Shown piece by piece: positions 1-9,551 of a stretch of 64,000 nucleotides of DNA (positions are counted from its first letter, which is position 1; the number at the start of each line of letters is the position of its first letter). The stretch lies in NCBI GenBank assembly GCA_045863335.1, contig BTVY01000033.1, positions 14,243-78,242 on the forward strand, written 5' to 3'. The position numbers and the translations under genes were made by a program. The stretch comes from Candidatus Hydrogenedentota bacterium. GTDB taxonomy: Bacteria > Hydrogenedentota > Hydrogenedentia > Hydrogenedentales > SLHB01. The notes beneath the pieces are model-generated. The model was not told the DNA's origin, ran no database searches, and saw only the letters and a program-made list of their open reading frames with translations.

Positions 1-1176
1 GAGGCCGCTTTCGTTGCGGAGGATGTCGTACGCCGAGGCATATCCCCGGCGGAGGTGGCGGTCCTTTACCGCACCAACAGCCAGGCCCGACTCGTGGAAG
101 AGGCGTTTCGCCGGAAAGGGCTCGCCTACCGGATCGTGGGCGGTGTCCAATTCTACGGTCGCAAAGAAATCAAGGACATACTGGCGTACCTGCGTGCCCT
201 TGCAAACCCGGCAGACGAATCCGCGTTGCGCCGGATCATCAATACACCGCCCCGCGGAATCGGCGCCACGACGCTGGAACAACTGGATGCGTATGCCGCC
301 GAACGCCGCACCACGCTTGAACAGCTCCTCCGCGAGGTGGAGACCGACCAGACCGTGAGCGCCCGCGCGCGGAACGCCATCACGGAGTTCGTGCACCTGA
401 TGGACGACCTCGCGCTGGAGTCCAAGTCCCTTCCCCTGAAGCAACTCGTAGAGTCGCTCCTCGATCGCACGGGATACCGGGAATACCTGCGCCAGTCTGA
501 CGCGCAAGACTTTCGGACGCGCCTCGAGATGGTGGAAGAATTCCTCTCGTCCTGCGCGGAGTTCGACCAAAGGGGCACGGGCGGCATACTGGAATTCTTG
601 CAGGAACTGTCCCTCGTTTCCGATGTCGATGAATGGGACGATTCCGCGCCCGCGGCGGCGTTGATGACCTGTCATTCGGCCAAGGGTCTTGAGTTTAATC
701 ACGTCTACCTGATAGGTTTAGAAGAAGGGTTACTGCCCCACGCCAGTTCCCTTGAATCCGCGGACGCCGTCGAGGAAGAACGGCGTCTCTGCTATGTCGC
801 CATGACGCGCGCGCGGAAGACGCTCACGCTATGCGCGGCCCGTACGCGCACGCTCTTCGGCGAAACGACGGACAGGGATCCTTCCCGGTTTTTGGGAGAG
901 ATATCCCGTGACGCACTGGATTTCGTTGGCGTTGAAGAGCCGCCTCGCGCTGCCGCGCTGCAGTCCACACGCGTGCCTGCGGCCGCGACGCCGGGCGCGG
1001 AGGGCATTCGCGTCGGAACGCGCGTGTGGCACGCCAAGTTCGGGAAGGGAACGGTCATGCAGACTTCCGGGTCGGGCGCGAAATTGCGTGCGCGCATTCG
1101 ATTCCAAACGGGCCGGGCCCGGGAATTCATGGTCAGTGCGGCGCCCCTCAGGATTCTGGACGGAGACGGACGGTGA
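1..1176 (+). CDS. pcrA: ATP-dependent DNA helicase PcrA/UvrD, C-terminal part (5'-truncated by window edge)
   Basis: SF1 helicase motifs AVLYRTNSQAR, MTCHSAKGLEF, EEERRLCYVAMTRA; C-terminal Tudor-like VWHAKFGKGTV; frame open from base 1. Confidence 0.93.
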   Translation, partial: EAAFVAEDVVRRGISPAEVAVLYRTNSQARLVEEAFRRKGLAYRIVGGVQFYGRKEIKDILAYLRALANPADESALRRIINTPPRGIGATTLEQLDAYAAERRTTLEQLLREVETDQTVSARARNAITEFVHLMDDLALESKSLPLKQLVESLLDRTGYREYLRQSDAQDFRTRLEMVEEFLSSCAEFDQRGTGGILEFLQELSLVSDVDEWDDSAPAAALMTCHSAKGLEFNHVYLIGLEEGLLPHASSLESADAVEEERRLCYVAMTRARKTLTLCAARTRTLFGETTDRDPSRFLGEISRDALDFVGVEEPPRAAALQSTRVPAAATPGAEGIRVGTRVWHAKFGKGTVMQTSGSGAKLRARIRFQTGRAREFMVSAAPLRILDGDGR

Positions 1177-2243
1177 CACTCGAAGAACTGCGCGCCAGGA
1201 TTGACGGACTGGACGACGAAATCATCAAGCTCTTGAACGAGCGCGCCCAGTGCGCCCTTGCCATCGGTGAGATCAAGCGGACCAACAACGCCGAATACTA
1301 CGTGCCCGAGCGCGAGAAGGCCATTTTCGACAAGGTGCGGGACGCGAACCCGGGACCGCTTCCCGGTTCGGCAATCAAGGCGATTTACCGCGAGATTATC
1401 AGTGCCGTGCGGGCGCTGGAGAAGCCGCTCGAGATCGCGTTTCTGGGCCCCAAAGACACGTTCAGCCACATGGCCGCGCTCAAGATTTTTGGCACCAGTT
1501 CGGAGTACCTGCCCGTTCCAACGGTGGAAGATATCTTCACCGAGGTGGAACGGAAGCGGGCTGACTACGGCGTTGTGCCTGTGGAAACTGCCATGGGTGG
1601 CGGCGTCAGCGACACCCTGGACCGGTTCGTGGCTTCGGATCTCAAAATAATCAACGAAATCATGCTCCACGTGACGCAGAACCTCCTTTCCAATAGCCCG
1701 CTCGAGGAAATCAAACACGTCTATTCGAAGGTGCAGCCGTTCGTCCAATGCCGGAACTGGCTCAAAGCGAATCTGCCTTCGGCAGACTTGGTCGAGACCG
1801 CGAGCACGGCCGAGGCGGCGCGAATCGCCGCGAACGAACCGGGCGCCGCGGCCATCGCGAGCGCGCTGGCGGCCGAAACGTACGGGATTGAGATTCTTGC
1901 CCGCGGGATCGAAGACAGCCCCAACAATTTCACGCGTTTTTTTGTCATCGCGCGGCATATGGCGAAGCCGACCGGCAATGACAAAACGGCCATACTGTGC
2001 TCCATCACGGACCATCAAGGGGCCTTGTACGAATTGCTCAAACCCATGGCGGAAGAGGGAATTAACCTGACGCGCATCGAGTCGCGGCCCTCTCAGAAAC
2101 GCGCATGGGAGTACGTATTCTTCATCGATATGCTGGGACATGTGGACGAGGCGAGAATCCGGCATGCCATCGACCGCCTATCCAAGCATTGCAAGGAACT
2201 AAAGGTTTTGGGCTCCTTTCCCCACGGTGAACTTGAAGATTAG
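1173..2243 (+). CDS. pheA: Chorismate mutase/prephenate dehydratase (P-protein)
   Basis: AroQ domain LEELRARIDGLD, PDT motif NFTRF, ACT domain INLTRIESRP; GTG start overlaps the helicase TGA (GTGA). Confidence 0.95.
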   Translation: MTLEELRARIDGLDDEIIKLLNERAQCALAIGEIKRTNNAEYYVPEREKAIFDKVRDANPGPLPGSAIKAIYREIISAVRALEKPLEIAFLGPKDTFSHMAALKIFGTSSEYLPVPTVEDIFTEVERKRADYGVVPVETAMGGGVSDTLDRFVASDLKIINEIMLHVTQNLLSNSPLEEIKHVYSKVQPFVQCRNWLKANLPSADLVETASTAEAARIAANEPGAAAIASALAAETYGIEILARGIEDSPNNFTRFFVIARHMAKPTGNDKTAILCSITDHQGALYELLKPMAEEGINLTRIESRPSQKRAWEYVFFIDMLGHVDEARIRHAIDRLSKHCKELKVLGSFPHGELED

Positions 2244-2425
2244 CTGGTAGGGTTGACCAGTGCCATTCGGGCACTGGAATCGCTCTCCGCTGCCAGTATG
2301 GCCTTCAACCCCCGTTTCCGGCAAGGCATCGCCCACATCAGAGTGCGAGGTGCTGGCCGGGAATCGAAGGAGTCTCGGCATGGTAGCGATTGCGCGCATT
2401 ACGAGCGCGAAGTAGGAGATCAGTC

Positions 2426-3253
2426 GTGAAGAAAGCGTTACCCTATGTCTTGTCCGTTGGCGTCGGCATTGTGGTTCTCTACGGCGTCTACCATTTTCGG
2501 ACCACCCGGTTGTTGCCGCAGCAACTGGAAGAAATGCGTCAGGCGAGCGACCGCCTTGCCGAGGTTGAACAGCATGAGCACGCGCACGAGCAGGTTGCGC
2601 CAGACGAGGAGGTTCCGGAGGAGTTTTTCGTGGCCTTCGAGTGTTCCAATGGCGATTTCTTGGTTCACTGCTACAGGGATTGGGCGCCACACGGTGCGAA
2701 ACGATTCTATGACCTGGTCAAGGCGGGTTTCTACGACAACAACCGTGTCTTTCGCGTCGTGCCCGAGTTCGTCGTCCAGTTTGGGCTGTCGGGAGATCCG
2801 GCCCTGAATGCCAAATGGGCGGACGCCAACATCCCCGACGACCCGGTGGTCGAGTCAAACAGCCGCGGGCGCGTGAGTTTTGCTGCGACCAGCATGCCCA
2901 ACTCGCGTTCCACCCAGATTTTTGTCAATCTGAGTTCGAAGAGTTCCAACATTAAGTTGGATCGCATGGGTTTCGCCCCGATTGGCGAGATTGGCGCGGG
3001 CATGGAAACCGTAGACAGCTTCTATGCCGGGTATGGGGAAGAACCGAGCAGTCTGCAAACACAGATTAAGGCGACGGGGAACGCAATTCTGGACAGCCAA
3101 TTTCCGAACTTGTCCACCATCAAGCGCGCCTATTTGGTGGAATCTCCCCAAGCGTTTTACGAGTCACGGCCTTCGAACAGTTCCGAAGCGGGAACGACCG
3201 AGGAATCGGAACCGGAGACGCCCCAACCTCAAGACCCGAGTACCAATCCGTAA
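2426..3253 (+). CDS. Cyclophilin-type peptidyl-prolyl isomerase with N-terminal membrane anchor
   Basis: WAPHGAKRF, FRVVPEFVVQFG, STQIFVNL, GFAPIG; hydrophobic N-terminus; GTG at 2426 after AGGAG. Confidence 0.88.
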   Translation: MKKALPYVLSVGVGIVVLYGVYHFRTTRLLPQQLEEMRQASDRLAEVEQHEHAHEQVAPDEEVPEEFFVAFECSNGDFLVHCYRDWAPHGAKRFYDLVKAGFYDNNRVFRVVPEFVVQFGLSGDPALNAKWADANIPDDPVVESNSRGRVSFAATSMPNSRSTQIFVNLSSKSSNIKLDRMGFAPIGEIGAGMETVDSFYAGYGEEPSSLQTQIKATGNAILDSQFPNLSTIKRAYLVESPQAFYESRPSNSSEAGTTEESEPETPQPQDPSTNP

Positions 3254-3285
3254 CCAAATCCAACTTGTGGAGTACACACCCTGTC

Positions 3286-3822
3286 ATGGCTGAACAAGCG
3301 CCCGAATCGTTCAAACTCGCCTTTAACTGTTCCCACGGTACCTTTGTCGTGGAATGCACCCGCTCTTGGGCCCCCAACGGGGTTGACCGCCTTTTCGAAC
3401 TGGTGAGTCAAGGCTTCTACGAAGACGCTCGCTTTTTCCGGGTCGTCAAATCGCCGCGGCCCTTCATCATCCAGTTCGGCATTCCGGCCGATCCCGATGT
3501 TGCCGCGGAGTGGCGGAGCGCGACGATTCCCGACGATGACGTGGAAGAAACCAACGCGGCCGGCACGCTCACCTTCGCGACCGCGGGTCCAAACACGCGA
3601 ACCACGCAGCTTTTCATCAACCTGGCCGACAACGCATTTCTTGACAGTCAGGGTTTCGCGCCTCTCGGCCGGGTCGTCGAAGGGTTCGACGTGGTGAACG
3701 CAACAAACGGCGAATACGGCGAGCGGCCCGATCAGGGGCGTATTCAATCGCAGGGAAACGCCTATCTCAAGGAGGCATTTCCGAATCTCGATTTCATCGA
3801 GTCTGTTACAATCGTGGAGTAA
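3286..3822 (+). CDS. Cyclophilin-type peptidyl-prolyl isomerase (soluble paralog)
   Basis: WAPNGVDR, FFRVV, IIQFG, RTTQLFINL, GFAPLG. Confidence 0.9.
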   Translation: MAEQAPESFKLAFNCSHGTFVVECTRSWAPNGVDRLFELVSQGFYEDARFFRVVKSPRPFIIQFGIPADPDVAAEWRSATIPDDDVEETNAAGTLTFATAGPNTRTTQLFINLADNAFLDSQGFAPLGRVVEGFDVVNATNGEYGERPDQGRIQSQGNAYLKEAFPNLDFIESVTIVE

Positions 3823-3864
3823 CGCTATCACGCATCGCGCGCAAACCTGCGTGGAAGGGCGAAT

Positions 3865-4851
3865 ATGAGCAGTGTAGTCCGCTGGGGAATCTTGGGAACC
3901 GCGCGTATCGGCCGCGCGCTGATTCAAGGAATCGGCGATTCCACCGACAACTGCATCCAGGCGGTGGCAAGCCGCGAGTGGACCCGTGCCAGCGAGTGGG
4001 CTAAGGAATTGGGAATACCCCGGGTGTTTGGATCGTACGAGGACATGCTTCACTCCGGCGAGATCAGCGCCGTGTACAATCCCCTGCCCAACAGTCTCCA
4101 TGCCGAATGGACTATGAAGGCGCTCGAGGCTGGATTGCCCGTGCTTTGCGAAAAGCCGTTTACGCTAACGGCATCCGAAGCGCGGGAGGTTGCCGCACTG
4201 GCAAGGCGTAAGCAACTCCCGGTTGCAGAAGCCTTCATGTACCGGTTTCACCCCATCTACGACCGCGTACTGGAAACGATTCAATCAGGTTCCATCGGTG
4301 ACGTTATGGCCATTCGTTCCGCCTTTACGTTTCGCCTGCCCGACCGCGAGAATATTCGGTGGAGGAGCGATTTGGGTGGCGGTGCGCTCATGGATTTGGG
4401 TTGTTACTGCGTGAACTTGAGCCGTTTGATCGCGGGGTGCGAGCCATTGAGCGTAGCCGGCGTTGAGCGGCGATCCGGAGTGGACGGCACCATGATCGGC
4501 GTGCTGGAGTTTCCTGGAAATGTATTGGCTCATTTCGAATGCAGCTTCGAACAGTACGGTCGTTCCTTCGCGGAGATTGAAGGCACCGAGGGGGTGATCA
4601 TCCTTCAACGGCCCTGGTTCCCGGGCGAACACACGGCCGAGTTTTTGATTCGGCGGGAAGGCCGGGAGGAAACGATCTCGGTAACCGGCGCGAATACGTA
4701 CCGTCTTGAAATCGAAGACTTTGGCCGCGCGTGTCAAACCCATGGCGCCCCGCGCTGGACTATTGACGACGCGGTTTCCAACATGGCCGTCATCGATTCG
4801 CTCTACACCTCTGCGCGCGAACGGCATCCCGTCTCCGTAGGCAAATCATAG
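3865..4851 (+). CDS. Gfo/Idh/MocA family oxidoreductase
   Basis: WGILGTARI, VLCEKP, GGGALMDLGCY. Confidence 0.92.
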   Translation: MSSVVRWGILGTARIGRALIQGIGDSTDNCIQAVASREWTRASEWAKELGIPRVFGSYEDMLHSGEISAVYNPLPNSLHAEWTMKALEAGLPVLCEKPFTLTASEAREVAALARRKQLPVAEAFMYRFHPIYDRVLETIQSGSIGDVMAIRSAFTFRLPDRENIRWRSDLGGGALMDLGCYCVNLSRLIAGCEPLSVAGVERRSGVDGTMIGVLEFPGNVLAHFECSFEQYGRSFAEIEGTEGVIILQRPWFPGEHTAEFLIRREGREETISVTGANTYRLEIEDFGRACQTHGAPRWTIDDAVSNMAVIDSLYTSARERHPVSVGKS

Positions 4852-4869
4852 CGCAGGGCGGTTCGACGC

Positions 4870-5337
4870 ATGTCCCCAGATGCCACCCCCCGCAGTGCGC
4901 CGTTGGACCTATGCGTGCGGCCCGCGAGTCTGGCGGAGATCATCGATCTGCGTAACGAGGTTATCATCCAGGGCACGGGCAGGACTTCGCCCGAGTTTCC
5001 CGGTGACTACGATCCATCCACGCTTCACATGGGCGCGTTCGTGGGCGATCGCAACGTCGGTTGCGCGACCTTTCTCGAAAGGTCCTGGGAAGACGAGCCC
5101 GCATGGCAATTGCGCGGAATGGCGACCGCGCGGGATGTTCGTGGCGGCGGAATTGGCGCGCGATTGTTGCGCGAGTCCGAAGCGGTGCTCGCGCAACGGT
5201 CGCCGATCCGGTTGCTCTGGTGCAACGCCCGGAACGTGGCGATTCCATTCTACGTGAAAATCGGTTGGACGATAGAAACGGACGAGTTTCTGACGCCCGG
5301 CATTGGTATGCAGCGCAAGATGACCAAGCGGTACTGA
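4870..5337 (+). CDS. GNAT family N-acetyltransferase
   Basis: WQLRGMAT..RGGGIG acetyl-CoA motif; LWCNAR..AIPFY. Confidence 0.88.
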   Translation: MSPDATPRSAPLDLCVRPASLAEIIDLRNEVIIQGTGRTSPEFPGDYDPSTLHMGAFVGDRNVGCATFLERSWEDEPAWQLRGMATARDVRGGGIGARLLRESEAVLAQRSPIRLLWCNARNVAIPFYVKIGWTIETDEFLTPGIGMQRKMTKRY

Positions 5338-5341
5338 CGGC

Positions 5342-6118
5342 TCACGCGCCGGGGTCCCATTTCGGCAGCCGTTTCTCGAGGAAAGCGCGCATGCCTTCGA
5401 GCGCTTCTTGGGAACGCCGGATCTCCTTGTGGTGTGCAAGCGCGCGGGAGAGGTCCTCCTCCAGGGGCCGGGGCCACAGATCATCCACGAGCCGGCGCGA
5501 GTGTGCGATCGCATCCGGAGCGCCCTTGAGGATATGTGCTGCAAATTCGCGTGCGACAGGAAGGACTTCGTCTTTTGGAACGGCGCGATCGATCAAGCCC
5601 ATCTCTAACGCCTGTTGCGCGTCCACCAGTTCACCCAAGACGAGCAGCTCTCGGACGAATCGCTCTGCGATTTGCCGTCGCAGCAACGAGGAGACCAGGC
5701 TCGCGACCAAACCGCGCCGGACCTCGGGATAACCGATTCGGGTCTCCTCGGCCGCGATGACGAAATCGCAGGCCGTCATCAAACCCGCGCCTCCCGCCAC
5801 GGCCGCGCCGTGGACCGTGGCGATAGTTACTACGCGGGAGCGGTGTACGGTCAAGAGCATGCGGGCGACGAGTTCACCCGACTGCTCAGCCAGTTCCAGA
5901 TTCTGCGCCTCCGCCAAATCGAGACCGGAACAAAAGACCGGACCTTCCCCGCGCAGGATGGCGACGCGGACGGAGTCGTCCCGTTCGAGCGCATCGTACC
6001 GATCGCATAGCGATCGCATCAGGTTTATGCTCAACGCATTCCGTTTGTCCGGCCGGTTGAGTGTGACGAGTATGACGCCCGGGCTGAGGATTTCCGTGTG
6101 GACCAACGCTTGACTCAT
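5342..6118 (-). CDS. Enoyl-CoA hydratase/isomerase (methylglutaconyl-CoA hydratase-like)
   Basis: LNRPDKRNAL, FCSGLDL, GAAVAGG, PEVRRG, EGMRAFLEKR. Confidence 0.9.
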   Translation of the reverse strand: MSQALVHTEILSPGVILVTLNRPDKRNALSINLMRSLCDRYDALERDDSVRVAILRGEGPVFCSGLDLAEAQNLELAEQSGELVARMLLTVHRSRVVTIATVHGAAVAGGAGLMTACDFVIAAEETRIGYPEVRRGLVASLVSSLLRRQIAERFVRELLVLGELVDAQQALEMGLIDRAVPKDEVLPVAREFAAHILKGAPDAIAHSRRLVDDLWPRPLEEDLSRALAHHKEIRRSQEALEGMRAFLEKRLPKWDPGA

Positions 6119-6483
6119 TCAATCGGACCTTTTGCGGGCACGCATCGGGTGAGGATTTCGTCAGATATCTCAAGCGTCATTTCCAACGCGATCTGACCAA
6201 TCGCCTTGCCCTGTGCGTCGATTCGCAGCGAACGGCTGCCACCCCCGGTAAGGATCTCGTACAACACGAAATTGAGAGTCTGCAATTTCGGCACCTCGTA
6301 GCGTTCAACGGAATCGCATCCCATGGGCCGGAAATACGCAGCCATCACGGGTTCTGTCAGATGTTCAGATAGGAACCGGTATCCCGTTTCTGTGTAGGCA
6401 AACACGCCAAGCGTCGCGCTGGAGCCCTTGTCCCCGCTTCGCGCATGGGCGATGTCGCCGAGCCGTATGGTGCGCTCACCCAT
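6115..6483 (-). CDS. Small AtuA-associated protein (stand-alone AtuA C-terminal-like domain)
   Basis: LGDIAHARSGDKG and SLRIDAQGK motifs; start 6483 chosen, 6519 possible. Confidence 0.78.
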   Translation of the reverse strand: MGERTIRLGDIAHARSGDKGSSATLGVFAYTETGYRFLSEHLTEPVMAAYFRPMGCDSVERYEVPKLQTLNFVLYEILTGGGSRSLRIDAQGKAIGQIALEMTLEISDEILTRCVPAKGPIE

Positions 6484-6520
6484 ATGCCTTGTGTCCTTTC
6501 CGGTTCCGCGGCGGCTCATG

Positions 6521-7885
6521 TTATCCCGCTACCACTTCTACCCGCGGTTCGACTGCGGTCTTCGGTATCAAACACGGCCAATAGCCAAACACGGGAGTGA
6601 CCGAAGGCCGTCCGCCGGCGAAGCCTGTAGTCCCTTGGGGTCCGCTGGTGACCAGCGGGGCGAGTTCGCGCGTGAATCGTTCGACCGCTTCCTTGCGCGG
6701 GTCGGCGACGCTGATGCGCAGGACTGTTTCCAGCAGAGCGGGTTCCGGCACCATGCCGGGTGCGCAGGCGCCCGCGCCAAGACACTCGACTTCGAACTGC
6801 TCGAAGTCGTAGCCCGCCAGCAGCAACCGTTTCCGCACGATCTCGCCGCAGCGTTTCGCTTTCAGCAGCGCGTTTCTGCCGAAGATGGTCAAGGTACCGT
6901 GTGCCCGGTAGCCGTCGCGGTACGTCGCGCTCACCTTGTACGAGTCCGTCGGTGAAGAGCCCTCCGCACCGCGTACGCTCACGCGGTTGGACCCGGCATC
7001 TTCCAACTCGATATTCAGGAGAGAGACTGTGGCGTCCGGGCTGAGATAACGTCCGGGGTCGGCGATCTCGTAGAAGAGTTGTTCCTTCACGGTTTCCATG
7101 GTGACACATCCGCCGCTTTCCTCAGGTTTGGTCGCGACGAAGGTTCCGTCTTCGTACAGTTCCACGAAGGGAAAGCCAATGGTCTCTGGGTCAGGCACAT
7201 CCATCCAGTTTGTCGAAATGCCGCCCGTAAGCTGGGCGCCGCATTCAATGACATGCCCCGCGACCAGTGCGCCTGCGATTCGGTTAAAGTCGTTCCAGTC
7301 CCAGCCGAAATGAAACGCCGCGGGCCCTACGACGAGACTCGGGTCCGCAACCCGGCCCGCGATGACGATGTCGGCGCCGGTCTTCAGGGCCTCGGCTACG
7401 GGCCGCGCGCCGAGATATGCGTTTGCCGTGACCAACTGGCCGAGTACGTTTCCGATGGGCGCCCCAGACTCCAGATTCCGAAAGGAGTCGCCGAAGGGGT
7501 CAGCGACGGCGCGAACCTGATCCAATACGCTGTCGCCGTGGACAACAGCGATTCGCCGATCTTCGCAGCCCAACTCATGGAGCGCTTCGGCACAGGCCCG
7601 GGCACATGCGATGGGATTGAACCCGCCCGCGTTGGTTACCACGCGGCATCGCGAACCTTCCCGCCAGGCGGGCGCCAGGGAACGCACGACATCCACAAAA
7701 TCGCTAGCGTAACCGCGCGACGAGTCCCGTTCGTGTTGCATCGCCATTATGCTGAGCGACACCTCGGCGAGGTAATCCAGCGTCAGGTAGTCGAGGTTTG
7801 GCTGTTGTGACAGGAGCGTCGCGGGGGCGTCAGGAGAGTCGCCCCAGAATCCTTGGGCATTCCCGATTCGTACGCAGTCGCTCAT
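6521..7885 (-). CDS. Acyclic terpene utilization AtuA family protein (DUF1446)
   Basis: IGNAQGFWGD, LDYLAE, GRVADPSL, GHVIECGAQ, EQLFYEI; ATG at 7885 overlaps upstream TGA. Confidence 0.9.
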   Translation of the reverse strand: MSDCVRIGNAQGFWGDSPDAPATLLSQQPNLDYLTLDYLAEVSLSIMAMQHERDSSRGYASDFVDVVRSLAPAWREGSRCRVVTNAGGFNPIACARACAEALHELGCEDRRIAVVHGDSVLDQVRAVADPFGDSFRNLESGAPIGNVLGQLVTANAYLGARPVAEALKTGADIVIAGRVADPSLVVGPAAFHFGWDWNDFNRIAGALVAGHVIECGAQLTGGISTNWMDVPDPETIGFPFVELYEDGTFVATKPEESGGCVTMETVKEQLFYEIADPGRYLSPDATVSLLNIELEDAGSNRVSVRGAEGSSPTDSYKVSATYRDGYRAHGTLTIFGRNALLKAKRCGEIVRKRLLLAGYDFEQFEVECLGAGACAPGMVPEPALLETVLRISVADPRKEAVERFTRELAPLVTSGPQGTTGFAGGRPSVTPVFGYWPCLIPKTAVEPRVEVVAG

Positions 7886-9510
7886 GTCTGGAGCACGCCG
7901 GTGTGAAACCGGGCCGGTGGCGGCGTACGAGACACCCAGCCCAATGTTTGAATCAGCACGTCGCGCGTGGTGTGCGGAGCGATGATGCCGTCCACCCAAC
8001 CGCGGGCCGCGCCGTAGCGAATATCGGTCTGTTCCACGTATCCCTGCTTTACTTTTTCGCGGAGCCGGTCGAGTTCTTCGTGATCGAGGGTGGCGCCGTC
8101 GCGCTCCGCGGACTTCTTGAGGATCGTAAATAGAGTGCCCGACGCTTGCTCTGCCCCCATGACCGCGTAGCGGGCGTTCGGCCACGCGAAGATGAAACGC
8201 GGATCGTAGGCCTTTCCGCATAACGCGTAGTTGCCTGCGCCGAAGGAGCCTCCGAAGACGATCGTAATCTTGGGCACGATGGAGTTGCTTACGGCGCTGA
8301 CGAGCTTCGCGCCGCTGCGGATAATGCCGGACTGCTCGGCGTCCCGTCCGACCATGAAGCCTACCACGTCCTGAAAGAACACGATGGGCAGGCCCTTCTG
8401 GTTGCAGTCCATCACAAACCGGGCGGCCTTGTCGGCGCTGTCGGCATAGATGACGCCGCCGATTTGAACGCCCTCAGTAGCGGACTCGCAACGTTTACGT
8501 TGATTGGCCACGATACCAACCGCCATCCCGCCGATTCTGGCGTAGGCCGTCACCAAGGTGCGCCCGTATTCTGACTTGAATTCCAACAGTGAGTCCGCGT
8601 CGACAATGCAGGCGAGCAGATCGAGAACGTCGAATTCTTTGCGGCCGTCCGGGCGGACCAGATCGTACAAGGTCATCGGGTCGCGGGCGGGTTCGCGGAT
8701 GCCGGAGGGTTCCGTGCCGCCCCAGCGCTCCGCGGGGAGCAGTTCAACCAGGTTGCGAATTCGCGCAAGGCAGGCCGGATCGTCGGGCTCCCGGAAGTCG
8801 ATGGTTCCGCTGACTTCCGCGTGCATTTCCGCGCCGCCGAGTTCTTCCGCTTCGACGACCTGGCCGATGGCCGCCTTGACGAGGGCTGGGCCTGCCAGAT
8901 ACAACCCACTTCCTTCGGTCATCAGCAGCGTGTCGCACAGCACGGGCAGATAGGCGCCGCCGGCGATGCAGTTGCCCATGATCGCGGCAATCTGGGGGAT
9001 ACCCGCCGCGGACAGAACCGCGTTGTTGCGGAAGATCCGTCCGAAGTCGTCTTCGTCGGGGAAGATCTCGTCCTGCATAGGCAGATAGACGCCCGCTGAG
9101 TCCACGAGGTAAATGATGGGCAGCGCGCATTCGTACGCGATGCGTTGCATGCGAAGTAGCTTCTTACACGATTGCGGGAGGAACGCCCCGGCTTTGACGG
9201 TCGCGTCATTGGCGATAACCATGCAGGGCCGCTGGTGAATCTCCCCAATCCCCGCGACGACGCCGGCGGCCGGTATCTCTCCTGCGTCCGGGTACATCTC
9301 GAATGCCGCCCACAGGCCCAGCTCAAAAAACGCATCCGGCCGGTCCAGCAATTGCGCGACGCGTTCGCGCGCGGTCATGCGGCCCAGGCGCTTCTGCCGT
9401 TCCCGCCCGGAGGGTCCGCCGCCTTCACGCAGGGCCGCTTCCTGATCGAGGATCTCGTCGGTCAGGCGCCGCAATGGTGAAGAGCGATCGGTCTCAGCGG
9501 AAAACGTCAC
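7882..9510 (-). CDS. Acyl-CoA carboxylase carboxyltransferase subunit (MccB/LiuB/AtuC-like)
   Basis: ANDATVKAG, VDSAGVYLP, GNCIAGGAY, GFMVG, GGSFGAGNY. Confidence 0.92.
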   Translation of the reverse strand: MTFSAETDRSSPLRRLTDEILDQEAALREGGGPSGRERQKRLGRMTARERVAQLLDRPDAFFELGLWAAFEMYPDAGEIPAAGVVAGIGEIHQRPCMVIANDATVKAGAFLPQSCKKLLRMQRIAYECALPIIYLVDSAGVYLPMQDEIFPDEDDFGRIFRNNAVLSAAGIPQIAAIMGNCIAGGAYLPVLCDTLLMTEGSGLYLAGPALVKAAIGQVVEAEELGGAEMHAEVSGTIDFREPDDPACLARIRNLVELLPAERWGGTEPSGIREPARDPMTLYDLVRPDGRKEFDVLDLLACIVDADSLLEFKSEYGRTLVTAYARIGGMAVGIVANQRKRCESATEGVQIGGVIYADSADKAARFVMDCNQKGLPIVFFQDVVGFMVGRDAEQSGIIRSGAKLVSAVSNSIVPKITIVFGGSFGAGNYALCGKAYDPRFIFAWPNARYAVMGAEQASGTLFTILKKSAERDGATLDHEELDRLREKVKQGYVEQTDIRYGAARGWVDGIIAPHTTRDVLIQTLGWVSRTPPPARFHTGVLQT

Positions 9511-9551
9511 GTCATCAAATCCCGGGTTATCCTTGCACGGACCACACTCGA

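Noticed and set aside
1026-1172. N-terminal extension of PheA
   Set aside because: Overlaps the helicase; GTG 1173 matches the start of the AroQ domain.
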